Assembly (NCBI RefSeq): GCF_963921235.1
Contig: NC_086101.1
Location: 26,970,001 to 27,034,000 of the forward strand
DNA: 64,000 bases
Source of the DNA: Mobula hypostoma
Lineage: Eukaryota
Reading direction: 5' to 3'
Shown: piece by piece, positions 49,550 through 61,550 of the stretch
Layout: each line of letters begins with the position of its first letter
Numbering within the stretch: the first letter of the stretch is position 1
Program-made: the position numbers and the translations under genes
The notes under the pieces: model-generated
Told to the model about the DNA's origin: nothing
Databases searched by the model: none
Seen by the model: only the letters and a program-made list of their open reading frames with translations

Positions 49550-50050
49550 AATCAGAGTCAGGTCTAATAGCACCGACATACGTTGTGAAATTTGTTGACT
49601 TAGCAGCAGCAGTACAATGCAATACATGATAAATATAGAAATAAATAAATAAATGATTTACAGTGTGTGTGTGCGTGTATATATATATAATAGGTAAATT
49701 AAGAATAATAGTGCAAAAACAGAAATAAAACAGTGGTGAGGTTGTGTTCATGGATTCAATGTCCATTTAGAAATCGGATGGCAGAGGGGAAGAAGCTGTT
49801 CCTGAATCGCTGAGTGAATCCCATACCTAAGTTCATCACAACATTGAGGTAGTACAAAAGAAAACAAAAATAGAGAATATAGATTATAGCTTTACTGTCA
49901 CAAGGAAAATGCAATGCAAGTTGACTGATAAAGTTCAAGGGCCATCGTGAGGTGAATTGAGAGACCAAGAGTTCATCTTTATCATTAAAGAGGTCCATAT
50001 GAGAGCCATATCACAGCAGGGTGGAAGCTGCCATTGAGCTTGCTGGAACA
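49550..50050 (-). mobile_element. Two Rex1/Babar 3'-end fragments
   Basis: ORF 49756-49998 ends GFTQRFRNSFFPSAIRFLNG; AATAAA-type 3' UTR; includes (GT)/(AT) microsatellite. Confidence 0.55.
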
Positions 50051-51169
50051 CTGAACATGAAGATAAGGCAGGTAAGGCCAGGGAATTGGAAGTTGTAAAA
50101 TTAGAGGGTGCATTAGGTGATGTCCATAGATGTTGCTCGATCTGATGAGCTCCTCCAGCAGTCTGTTTTTTTTTCCCCTGTTATTTACACCACATATTGA
50201 CAACTCACTTTCACAATGCACCTTGCTGTCACCATCCCCACTATGACACCCCCCTTTGTTTTCCTTCCTCACCCTCTCCCTCCCTCCCTCCTTCAACCCT
50301 CTTTTACACTCCCGAGTGTCCTCAGTCCTTTCCACCCTCCTTGCCCATTCTTGCCCTTCTGCCACGTCCAGTTGACAGAATTCCCTCATCTGGGGGTAGT
50401 TGATGGGAAAGTGTGCAGAATGAAATGTGTTAGGACAGGATTAGTATGTGCAAAACTATGTGCTTCATGGACAGCCAGTGGCCTTATTACAGTGCTGTAT
50501 ATATTTGGGAACAAATCTCTCCACCTTCGCTAATGGGATAGATCTCACTGGGTCTGGGCCAGCATCTGACCTCCCCACACACGGTCACCCATCCGCACCC
50601 ACTGGCCCTCTGACTCTCTCTGACCCACTGCACTCAGGATTCAGACAGCATAGGACCTACAGGCCTTCCACTGAGTCGCAGTGCACGTCCTCGGCTGTTG
50701 ACAAAAGCCAGGTCAACAGCTTCATCTCTGGTCAAAACTGGAAGGATTTGTATTGAACCTTTGAAACATTCTTAACATATTAAACCTGACGCAAGTAATT
50801 TTAAAAATGAAAAGCATGTGAGGAACAACTTAAACAGTATAAGATTAATTGCCACAAATAACTGCAAGGCTGACATTTGCTTTAACTTTCACCTTCGAGC
50901 CAGGAATGTTGCAAACCTTTGTCTTTGCACCCTGCAAAACACCCTTTGAGTGAAGATTGAGATCAAGATTGAAAAACAGTGATAGGTTCTATTTATTCAT
51001 CTTACTTTTAATAAAACTTCATAATATTATAGAGTAAAGCCTTCTGGCCTTTGAAGTTTCTACAGATTCAGAAGCAACTTAGCAGAAGTTCTATTAGCAA
51101 ACCAATGCCAGCATGGTTTCCTCAACTGGAAATCTTGTCTGACAGTTTTTTAAAAAAATTCTTGAGGAA

Positions 51170-52040
51170 ATAAGATGTGGCACAGAAGAGTCATAGGATT
51201 TTATTTATTTGGATTTTCAGAGGCCTTTGAGGCTGCCAAACAAGATAAGAGCCCATGGTATTATGTACAGGAAAGATCCTAGCAAATTCAGAAGATTGGC
51301 TGACTGGCAGAAGGCAAAGAGTGGGGAGAAGAGGGGCCATTTCTGGTTAGCTGCTGGTGACCAGTGATAACCCACAGAGGTCTGCTACTTTTCATGTTAT
51401 AAGTTAATGATCTAGACGGTGGAATTTGGCTTTGTGACTAAGTTTTCAGATGATACAAAGATAGGTAGAGGGCAGGTAGTGTTGAGGAAGTAGGAAGTCT
51501 GAAGAAGGATTTAGATAGATTAGGAGAATGAGCAAAAATTGGAAGACAGAATAGTGTGTAGGGGTGTGCATGGTCATGCACTTTGGTAGAAGAAAAAAGG
51601 TGTAGACTATTTTCTAAATGGGGCAAATTCAGAAATCAGAGGTTCAAAGGAACTTGGGGGACCTAGTGCAGGTTAACTAGCAGATTGAATTGGTAGTAAG
51701 GAAGGCAAATGCATGGATGGAGTGGACACGGGGTAAATGTTTCCAACAGTGGGAGAGGATAGGACCAGAGATCTCTGACACAGAATAGGAGGATGTCCCT
51801 TTAGAACAAGATGAGATATTTCTTTCGCCAGAGGGTGGTGAATCTGTGGAATTCATTGCTAAAGATGGCTTTGGATGCCAAGTCATTGGTATGGTTAAAG
51901 CAGAGGTTGATAGATTCTTGATTAGTAATGCCATCAAATGTTACCTGGAGAAGGCAGGTGGATGAGGTTGAGTGGAAAAATAAATCAGCCAGGTTTGAAT
52001 GGCAGAGCAACCTCTGTTCCCATGTCTTATGGTCTTATCG
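51170..52040 (+). mobile_element. Degenerate CR1 RT to 3' end
   Basis: Decayed YLDFQ, KIRAHG, KFSDDTK and FRQRVVNLWNSL motifs with deletions; TCTTATGGTCTTAT tail. Confidence 0.7.
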
Positions 52041-52179
52041 TTTTCTGGTATATTAGTCAATGGGAAGCCATTAATTCCATTATTAATGCATCGGAAAGTT
52101 ATCTACACTGAAGCTTCTGGGATGGATGTACTGAAATGATAATTAGTATCTGCCATTTCTCTCTTCACATCTTGGACAG

Positions 52180-52281
52180 ATACAGACAATGGGCCATTGC
52201 TGGGAATTGGAATTAACCTTCGATACATTGGACTTGTTGTTTACGTTATCTTCCTCTATTTGATCGTGAAATCCCATGGAG
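52180..52281 (+). CDS. Candidate transmembrane exon of the Ig receptor
   Basis: Polypyrimidine acceptor TTTCTCTCTTCACATCTTGGACAG|, donor G|GTAAGC, 102 bp, phase 1-1; encodes TDNGPLLGIGINLRYIGLVVYVIFLYLIVKSHG. Confidence 0.72.
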
Positions 52282-53049
52282 GTAAGCAGGACTGCTGTGA
52301 CACAGTCTCCAGTACACTCTGTGTTCACTGTTGCCTTCAAATAGATCACTGACAGCCTACGTTCAAACAAATGCTCTTCTGTAGATCACAGTAATTAATT
52401 GAAGGTTTATACCTTTGTTCAAATTGTGCTCATGAAACTGACATGAATGTTCTTGTTCATGGTTCAGCATTGCCCAATCTTAGTTGTCCCTCATACTGGG
52501 TAAAACAGTAGTGTGATTTTAACCAAGCTGGTCAAATGAAAAACCCAAGGATTGGAAAGTATGCCCACTGCACACACTGCTCAAAACCTTATTCCATTAA
52601 ATTCAAAAGAGAATAAGATCAGCAAAGATGAACAATTGGGATTCTGCCCAATCCTATTGCTTCCCCAATATTCAGGTAAGATTACAATCTCTGATAAATG
52701 TAAGACAGTAAGTATTTCACAAATATCAATGCTATGCATTAACTATACAGATAAAAATGAAATAATAATTCTGCACAATCCTGATGTTTTCCTTTAATCA
52801 TTATTCAAGAATCTTAGAAGCCTTGCAATTCCGAGATATTTTCTCTCCTACTGAACGCCAGGTCTCATCACACAGTTTAAATGACCAGTAACTGCCATCA
52901 GTGCAAAGCAGTCTACCTCATGGTGTGCTTGACACAGAGGTGTTGTTAAAAATGTGATATTTGATCAGATAATGACCTGTGAAAAAGGGCTGCAGTATCA
53001 GATCTGGAACTACAGTGGCATGCAGTTCTAAGTATTTCTCTTAAGGTGT

Positions 53050-55143
53050 CTTCTTCTTCATGTGCCTTGCGTGTTACACGCTTGGGCGATCATTGCTCTC
53101 CACATTGAATGATCCCTCACAGCGCCAATGATATCTCATACACTTAGATCTGTTAGTTCTTTCACAGTGTTCATATATTTTCTTCTTTGCCTTCCTCTTC
53201 TCTGTTTCTCAGGCATGTGGCCGTGTAATGTAAGGCATTCAATTTCTCCCTTTCTGATGACGAGGCCCAGGAATTTAAGTTTCCTCTCATTTAATGTTCT
53301 CATTAAAGATCTTTTTGTATGGGCACGTTGGAGTACTGTCTCATTAGTTACCCTATCTCTATATGATATTTTCAGCATTCTTCTAAGAAACCACATTTCT
53401 GTTGCTTCTAAGTTTCTTTGGAGTTCTGGTGTTATAGTCCATGTTTCGGAAGCATACAGCAAGATTGACCAGATGTAACATTTTAGTAGCCTAAGCCTTC
53501 TTGTCATAGAAATGTGTCTGTTGGTAAAAATGGGTTTCAGTTTTTGGAAGTTGGTTTTGGCAATGGCAATTCTTCTTTTTATTTCTGCTTTACTTCTAGC
53601 ATCTTGTGATATAAAGCTACCAAGATAATTAAAGGTGGACTTTTGTTCAATCTCTTGGTTACCAATGTACAATTGGCAGTTGGGAGTATCCTGTTGTTTT
53701 GATATTACCATACATTTGTTTTTTTTACAGTTGATGGTTAGACCAAAATCTGCACTTGTTTGTACTACTTTGTCTAGGAGGATTTGTAGGTCTTCTGCCG
53801 CACTTGCTATTAGGGTGGTATTGTCTGCATATCGTATATTGTTGATGTTAACACCTCCAATTTTTATCCCATTAGGTCTTCTATTTCTCTGAGAATCATT
53901 TCACTGTAGATATTAAATAACTCCGGTGAGGCAACGCATCCCTGTCTAAATCCCTCTTTGAACTTTAGTCCAACTGCTTATATTATCATCAATTTTTACC
54001 GCTGCCGTTTGATTCCAATATAAATTTTGAAGCAGTTGTTGGTCCCTTCCATCAATGTTTATTTGAGCGAGAATTTGAAATAATTTTTCAGGTTGCACTT
54101 TGTCCAATGCTTTAGTGAAATCAATAAAACATAAAAAGACATCATTTTGATATTCAATTGCCCTTTCTGAAAGCATCTGTAGTATGAAAATTGCGTTCCT
54201 AGTTCCTCTATCCTCAATAAACCCATATTGCAGTTTAGAAGCTTCTGGTCTTAGCTTGTTTTTAATTCAACTCAGAACAACTCTCAACAAAATCTTTATT
54301 ATGTGACTCATAAGACTGATTGTTCTATGATTTTCACAGTCAATAGTTCCAGGAACTTTTGGCAGAATTATAGATACTGATTTCAAGAGATCGTCAGGCA
54401 ATACACCAGACTCATATATGCCATTACAGAGTTCAAAAAGAATATCTATGCCCAGATCTTTTAGGGCTTGTATCCTTTCCACTGAAATTTCATCAGGTCC
54501 AGTGGCTTTACCATGTTTCATGCTTTTCATTGCTTTAGTTATTTCTTCTTTGGTAATAGGTGGGCCAGAATTAGGGTGTTTAATATCTGGGGGTTCCCCT
54601 CTATTATCTTCAAACAGCTGCTCTATATACCGAATCCACCTCTCACATACTTTATCTGGATCTGTTAGTATGAATCTGTCTGCTGATCTTATGCATCCTG
54701 TAGAAGAGGTTTTCTTAATTCCAGTAATTTCCTTAATTTTCTTGTGCCTTTCTTTGCTGTTGTTAATATGGCCTTCTACTTCATTGCATTTTTGATTCAA
54801 CCACTCTTCCTTTGCAATATTGAACAACTGTCTGGTCTGTCTGTCTGGCTGTCTGTATTGCACTTCACTATTCTTTGCTAACCTTCTCTGTTCCATCAGA
54901 TCTAGAATTTCTTGGGATATCCAGCCCTCGTTGGTGTGTTGGATTTCTTGTACTGGGATTATCTCCTCTGCTGATTGCTGTATAGCATATTTAAATCTGT
55001 CCCAAAAAGATGTTGTTTCATTTTTGTTAAGGTGTTCTTCTACAGTTGTTTTGAATTGTTGCTTAAGTTCTCCCAACATATACTTCTTTCTCTTTTTTCC
55101 CTACGTTTCAGTTTCTTTAATTTTGTTTTAATGGTAGCTATTA
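53050..55143 (-). mobile_element. 5'-truncated RTE-clade LINE
   Basis: ORFs 54267-55079 (KATGPDEI...NHRTISLMSH), 53946-54176 and 53136-53711 (FNYLGS...LLKCYIWSILLYASETW); (GAA)n tail; 9-bp TSD TTAAGGTGT at 53041-53049 and 55144-55152. Confidence 0.88.
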
Positions 55144-56149
55144 TTAAGGTGTAATAATTTTAATGCAAGGTATGTTGATCAAGACTGTGTGTCCTCTTCA
55201 TTTATTTATAATCTTTTCTGGACCTGTGTATCCATATCATCTCCAATTGTTCATGAAGAATGTGTCAACCTATCATCTTGAACTCAACTTACCTTTCTGA
55301 TGGAAGTGTTCTGCTTAGGGAGTTTAGGAACATTTCCAAGTTGGGGTGTATGCATCTTGGAGGGGGTGTTTGCATTGAACCCTTGCGCTTGCCTGACATG
55401 GCACTGGTTTTGAAATGCCCAAATTAGGTACCACAGTTCACTTTAGCAAGTTGTGCACACTGCAGCCACGGTGCACCAGTGCCGGAGGGAATGAATGTTT
55501 AGGCAGATGGATGGGATGCTAATTAAGTGGCCTGATTTTTCCAGGATGGTGCTCCTGGAGTATTATTGGTGAACACTCAGCAGTGCAGAGGGGTGTATTC
55601 TATCATGTTTCTGACCATGCTTTGTAGACGATGGAAAGATTGTGGGAGGTTAGAAGAGAGCCAGCCACTGTTCCTCTCTTGCACCTACAGTATTAATGTG
55701 CTTTGTCCGGTTTCATTTCTTGTCAATGGTTGTAGGCTCAGGGAGATAACAATGAATCATGACCTAGAAACATTTAAAAAAAAGGCTTTTCCTTTCAGGT
55801 TGCAAACGAGCTCAAGTGCAAAGAGAAACGCTAAGTGCTCAAGATCAACGTGGGGAACTTTGTGAAAAGGTAAAGAGATTGAGTTCCCTACTGTTTGGTT
55901 TCTATTAACAATTCCCTGACTGCTTTCTCAGCTCTGCTGAACCAATACTCCTCTCCTCCTTTGGGAATAATGTCCTCACGGGGCAACACAAGCATTTGTG
56001 AGGGAGATGTAAAAATAACTTTGCTAGTTGAAGTGAATATTGTTTGTGCTAAATTCTTTTGGAATCTGGGGAAAGTTTATTAATTGCAATTTGTATTTTC
56101 TTAACCTTGGTTATAGTTATTAACCTTAAGTATAACTTGTATTTATTTA

Positions 56150-57148
56150 ACCTCTCTGTGTAATTAGTACCGCAGATATCTAATCAGCCAATCATGTGTC
56201 AGCAACTCAATACGTAAAAGCATGCAGACATGGTCAAGAGGTTCAGTCGTTGTTCAGACCAAACATCAGAATGGGGAAGAAATGACTTTGCCTGTGGAAT
56301 GATTGTTGGCGTCAGAGGGGGTTGTTTGAGTGTCTTAGAAACTGCTGATCTCCTGGGGTTTTCATGCACAGCAGTCTCTAGAATTTACAGAGAATAGTGT
56401 GCATAACAGAGAGCGCTCAGTAAACGCACTCCTTACATGTGAATTTATACACACACACACACACCACACACACACATTGCCTTGTCGTTCTGCTGTCACT
56501 GTGCTGCCTGCAGTGTCTTCCTCAGTTTCAAATCAGGCTGATGCATTAGGCTTGCTTCATGCTGCCTTTCCTGCCATATACAGTGGAATATTACATTTCT
56601 TTAGTGATGTAAATGTGTGCATGTTGTTTGTACACTGTGTTTAAGGTAGATACAGTACTTCTGTTTATTTTGCAACAGGATTATAATTACGTTATGGGGT
56701 GCATCATATTCTAATTCATGTGTAGTCTTAAATTAACTTTATGGGTAAGTAAAGATGGTAATAAACAGAACTCTTTGCTCTTAGTGGGAGGGAGAGAGAC
56801 CAGGACTGCCAGGAGTTCAGAGTGAACAAAAATAGTAGGGAGCTATATCAGTTAGATATATATTGGCGGTTTCCTTTTCACTATTTTCATTAAATTTTGT
56901 CAGTTTGATTTTTGACACACTTAAGAAACACTCTTGCACTAAAGTGCTAAATGACTCCAGCCATTGTTTTGTTAGGCCATAACCCATTGACAGGAAGGTG
57001 ACAATATCTCAAATAACCACGTGTTACAACAGCGGTGTGCTCAAGAGCACGTCTGAATGCACAACATGTCACACCCTGAAGTCGGTGGGCTACAGCAGCA
57101 GAGGCCACGGCAGGTTTCACGCCTGTGCCTAATAAAGTAGCTACTGAG
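56150..57148 (+). mobile_element. Non-autonomous Tc1-derived element in two pieces (~56150-56400 and ~56950-57148) with unrelated sequence between
   Basis: HTH-region remnants (GMIVGVR...SVLETADLLGFS; RKVT.SQITTCYN...SECTT..TL) and a right-TIR-like CCTAATAAAGTAGCTACTGAG. Confidence 0.5.
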
Positions 57149-57769
57149 CTACTTTTATACTGTAGGTGTGCAGTCAAACTAAGTTTGACACCGAGACATG
57201 TAAGGAAGTATTAGCACAGATGAGAGACAACTTTTGAAAGAAGGTGGAAATGACAGGTTTTGGAAGTGAATTTAAAAGCTTATGTTCAGGCAAGACACCA
57301 TCAAAACTAAAATCAGAGATGTGCATGAGGCCAGGAATGGAGGCTGGAGAAGATGACAGAGAGGGATGCTTTGAAAATGGGGCCAAGAACTTTTACTCAC
57401 AGGGAAGCAATGCAGGTCTGCCAGCAAAGATGCAAATTTGGAAGCAGTCAACATATATTTGAATGACCTCAAGCTTACAGGAGAAGAACAAGGGAAGCTG
57501 ACCAGCAGAGTGTTGGACTCTGGAGGTAACTCAGGAGAGGGGTTTCTAGACCAGTTGGGGTGGGGCACGGAATAAGTTAAGAAATGGTTATCGGGCAGCT
57601 TTTCTGGGTTCATAGGTCTCTGACGCATCAAGAGATCAAGTCGGATACCAAGGCTACAAATTATTAGCTTCAGCCTCAGTCAGTCAAGGGAATAAGGTGG
57701 AACTTATAATGATGGTACAAAGAGTGCAGTGGGTCCCTAAGATAAGGGTTCCAACTTCCCAATATTTAG

Positions 57770-58360
57770 TTAGAACATAGAAAATAAAGCAGTACCAGGA
57801 ACGTGATGTTGTGCCAAACTAATTGTGCTAATGATGCCTAATTACAATTATCCTGCTGCCTGCGCATGGTCCATATCCCTCCATTCTCTGCAGGTTCACA
57901 TACCTACAGTATCTAAAAGCCTCTTGACTGCATCACTTGTCAATGTCATCATCTCATTCCAGGCACCCATCACTCTCCATGTAAAATAAAACCTGCCATG
58001 CACCTCTGCTTTTAATATTCCCCCTCTCACTTTCGATGCATGCTCTCTACCCTTGGCAAGAGATACCAATTGTCTGCTCTGTCTCTACCTCTCATAATGT
58101 TATCAGCTTCCCTCGCCCACTCCAAAGAAAACAGCTCAAGTTTGCCCAACCTTTCCTGATAACATATGCCCTGTTCGACCATCATGATAAACCCCTTCTT
58201 CACCCTCTCCAAAGCCAGCACATTCTTTCTGTAACGGGGCAATTAGAATTGAATGCAAAACTCCAGAAGTGGCCTAACCAGAGCACTGTAGAGCTGCAAC
58301 ATATCTTCAAACTCAGTGACTGATTAATAAAAGCAAGCATGCCATATGCCTTCTTCATCA
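57770..58360 (-). mobile_element. CR1 3' fragment
   Basis: ORF 58027-58242: PRYRKNVLALERVKK...YQERLGKLELFSLE. Confidence 0.7.
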
Positions 58361-58512
58361 CCCGATCAATTTGTCAGGCTACTTTCAGGAAGCAATGAAC
58401 TTGGATGTCGGGATCCTTCTCTGTTGAGGACCCTGTTATTAACTGTATACTTCCCCTCTCCCAAAATTAAATACCTCACATCTAATACTTCTGCAACCAT
58501 ATCTGTGACAGA

Positions 58513-58619
58513 AGCGAGGAAATCTGCAGATGCTGGAATTTCAAGCAACACACATTAAAGTTGCTGGTGAACGCAAGATGCTGCCAGGCCTGCTGCGTTC
58601 ACCAGCAACTTTTATGTGT
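58513..58619. mobile_element. 107-bp Penelope-tail insertion containing a 26-bp inverted repeat
   Basis: Arms 58550-58575 and 58594-58619 (one mismatch); 11-bp TSD TCTGTGACAGA at 58502-58512 and 58620-58630. Confidence 0.8.
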
Positions 58620-58677
58620 TCTGTGACAGATGTATATTCTGATGACTCCCTTTGGCAATTATCTAACTAACCCATCC

Positions 58678-58680
<3 letters not shown>

Positions 58681-58729
<49 letters not shown>
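58681..58729. repeat. (AC)n(AT)n microsatellite
   Basis: Read directly. Confidence 0.9.
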
Positions 58730-60347
58730 CAAAAACAGCAGAGGTCCCAGTATAAATCCCTATGGAACACCAGTCATCACTCCAATCAGAACAGACCCAT
58801 CGACCAATACCCTCTGTCTTCTATGGGCAAACCAATTCTGAATCCAAACTGCTACCTGGCTGAGAATCAGACTGCATTTTACTCTTCTGGATGAGTCTAC
58901 CATGAGCAACTATATTCAATGCCTTACTACATCCACTGTCCTCCCTTCATCAATCATCTTCATCGTCTTCTCAAAAACTTCAGCAAGTTATTAAGACATG
59001 AGCTGCCCCGCACAAGGTTATAGGAAACATCTGCCCATCTTATTTATTTTTAGCTCTCTGCAAGGTTACACCTTTAGTTCGGTGGTGCTTAAGCATATGT
59101 TCCAGTTAGCACAGAAGTAATGGTTTGGCAGAGTTTAACTTTTATTTCCGTTTTCTGTTTACTGATAGTATGATGGTATCATTATCTTAAACCACAAAAA
59201 TGATTGAGTGGAAAAAATATAGATGACCACAATAGTGACCCATCTGTTCTTTACCATAGAATGTGAAAATAGCACCATCCTGTTTAAACATCCCTCCATC
59301 TTAATCTACTGAAGATAATTGTATTGACATTGTAATGAATTGAGTTTATATGCCTCCTCGCAGATACCTCCTCTTATTTACCCCTCGATCATGACCCCAC
59401 TAAGAAGCACCAGGCCATTCTCTCCCACACTATCACCAGCTTTATCTGCTCAGAGGATCTCCCATCCACTGCTACCAAATTTATAGTTCCCACATCCCGC
59501 ACTTCCCGTTTCTACCTCCTGCCCAAGATCCACAAACCTGCCTGTCCAGGTAGACCTATTGTCTCAGCTTGCTCCTGCCCCACCGAACTCATTTCTGCAT
59601 ACCTCGACATCTGTTTTATCCCCCCCTTGTTTAATCCCTTCCTACCTCTGCTCGTGACACTTCTCAAGCTTTGAAATTTTTCGATGATTTTAAGTTCCCT
59701 GGCCCCCACCGCTTTATTTTCACCATGGATGTCCAGTCCCTATATACTTCCATCCCCCACCAGGAAGGTCTCAAAGCTCTCCACTTCTTTTTGTATTCTA
59801 GACCTAACCAGTTCCCCTCTACCACCACTCTGCTCCGTCTAGTGGAATTAGTTCCTACTCTTAATAATTTCTCCTTTGGATCCTCCCACTTCCTGCAAAC
59901 TAAAGGTGTAGGCATGGGGACCCGTATATGTCCCAGCTATGCCTGACTTTTTGTTGGCTTAGTGGAACAATCCATGTTCCAAACCTATACTGGTATCTGT
60001 CCCCCACTTTTCCTTCGCTACATCGACGACTGCATTGGTGCTGCTTCCTGCACGCATGCTGAGCTCATTGACTTCATTAACTTTGCCTCCAACATTCACC
60101 CTGCCCTCAAGTTTACCTGGTCCATTTCCGACACCTCCCTCCCCTTTCTAGATCTTTCTGTCTCTGTCTCTAGAGACAGCTTATCTACTGATGTCTACTA
60201 TAAGCCTACTGACTCTCACAGCCATCTGGACTATTCCTCTTCTCACCCTGTCTCTTGCAAAAATGCCATCCCCTTCTCACAATTCCTCCGTCTCCACCGC
60301 ATCTGCTCTCAGGATGAGGCTTTTCATTCCAGGATGAAGGAGATGTC

Positions 60348-60598
60348 CATGCTCAATACAAGAGGACATGGCTTTAAGGTAAGGGGTGGGAAGTTCAAGG
60401 GGGATATTAGAGGAAGGTTTTTTACTCAGAGAGTGGTTGGTGTGTGGAATGCATTGCCTCAGTCTGTGGTGGAGGCAGATACACCAGTGAAGTTTAAGAG
60501 ACTACTAGACAGGTATATGGAGGAATTTAAGCTGGGGGGTTATATGGGAGGCAAGGTTTCAGGTTCGGCACAACATTATGGGCTGAAGGGCCTATTCT
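60348..60598 (+). mobile_element. CR1 3'-region fragment embedded in the Penelope ORF
   Basis: ORF 59962-60600 switches from Penelope (EAFHSRMKEMS) to CR1 (MLNTRGHGFKVRGGKFKGDIRGRFFTQRVV); no tail or TSD seen. Confidence 0.8.
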
Positions 60599-61550
60599 AG
60601 AAAGGGGCTTCCCTTCCTCCACCATCAACTCTGCTCTCAAACGCATCTCTCCCATTTCACACACATCTGTTCTCATCCCATCCTCCCACCACCCCACTAG
60701 GAATAGGGTTCCCCTTGTCCTCACCTACCACCCCACCAGCCTCCAGGTCCAACATATTATCCTCTGTAACTTCCGCCACCTCCAATGGGATTCCACCACT
60801 AAGCACATCTTTCCCTCCGCCCCCCCCCGCTTTCCGCAGGGATCGCTCTCTACGTGACTCCCTTGCCCATTCGTTCCCCCCCCCATTCCTCCCCACCGAT
60901 CTCCCTCCCAGCTCTTATCCTTGTAAGTGGAACAAGTGCTACACATGCCCTTACACTTCCTCCCTCACTACCATTCAGGGCCCCAGACAGTCCTTCCAGG
61001 TGAGGTGACACTTCACCTGTGAGTTGGCTGGGGTGATACACTACGTCCGATGCTCCTGATGCGGCCTTCTATACATTGGCGAGACCCGATGCAGACTGGG
61101 AGACCGTTTCGCTGAACACCTACGCTCTGTCCGCCAGAGAAAGCAGGATCTCCCAGTGGCCACACATTTTAATTCCACGTCCCATTCCCATTCTGATATG
61201 TCTATCCACGGCCTCCTCTACTGTAAAGATGAAGCCACACTCAGGTTGGAGGAACAACACCTTATATTCCGTCTGGGTAGCCTCCAACCTGATGGCATGA
61301 ACATTGACTTCTCTAACTTACGTTAATGCCGCACCTCCCCCTCATACCCCATCTGTTATTGCCCATCCTCTGGGCTTCCCCTCTCCCCCTTTCTTTCTCC
61401 CTAGGCATCCTGTCCCATGATCCTCTCATATCCCTTTTGCCAATCACCTGTCCAGCTCTTGGCTCCATCACTCCTCCTCCTGTCTTCTCCTAACATTTTG
61501 GATCTCCCTCTCCCCTCCCCCCACTTCCAAATTATAGCTCTTCTTTTAGT

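Noticed and set aside
52286-59330. Candidate cytoplasmic or terminal exons (acceptors near 52345, 52384, 52861 and 59273)
   Set aside because: Each gives a short peptide with no signalling motif, and none can be preferred without transcript data, so none is annotated.
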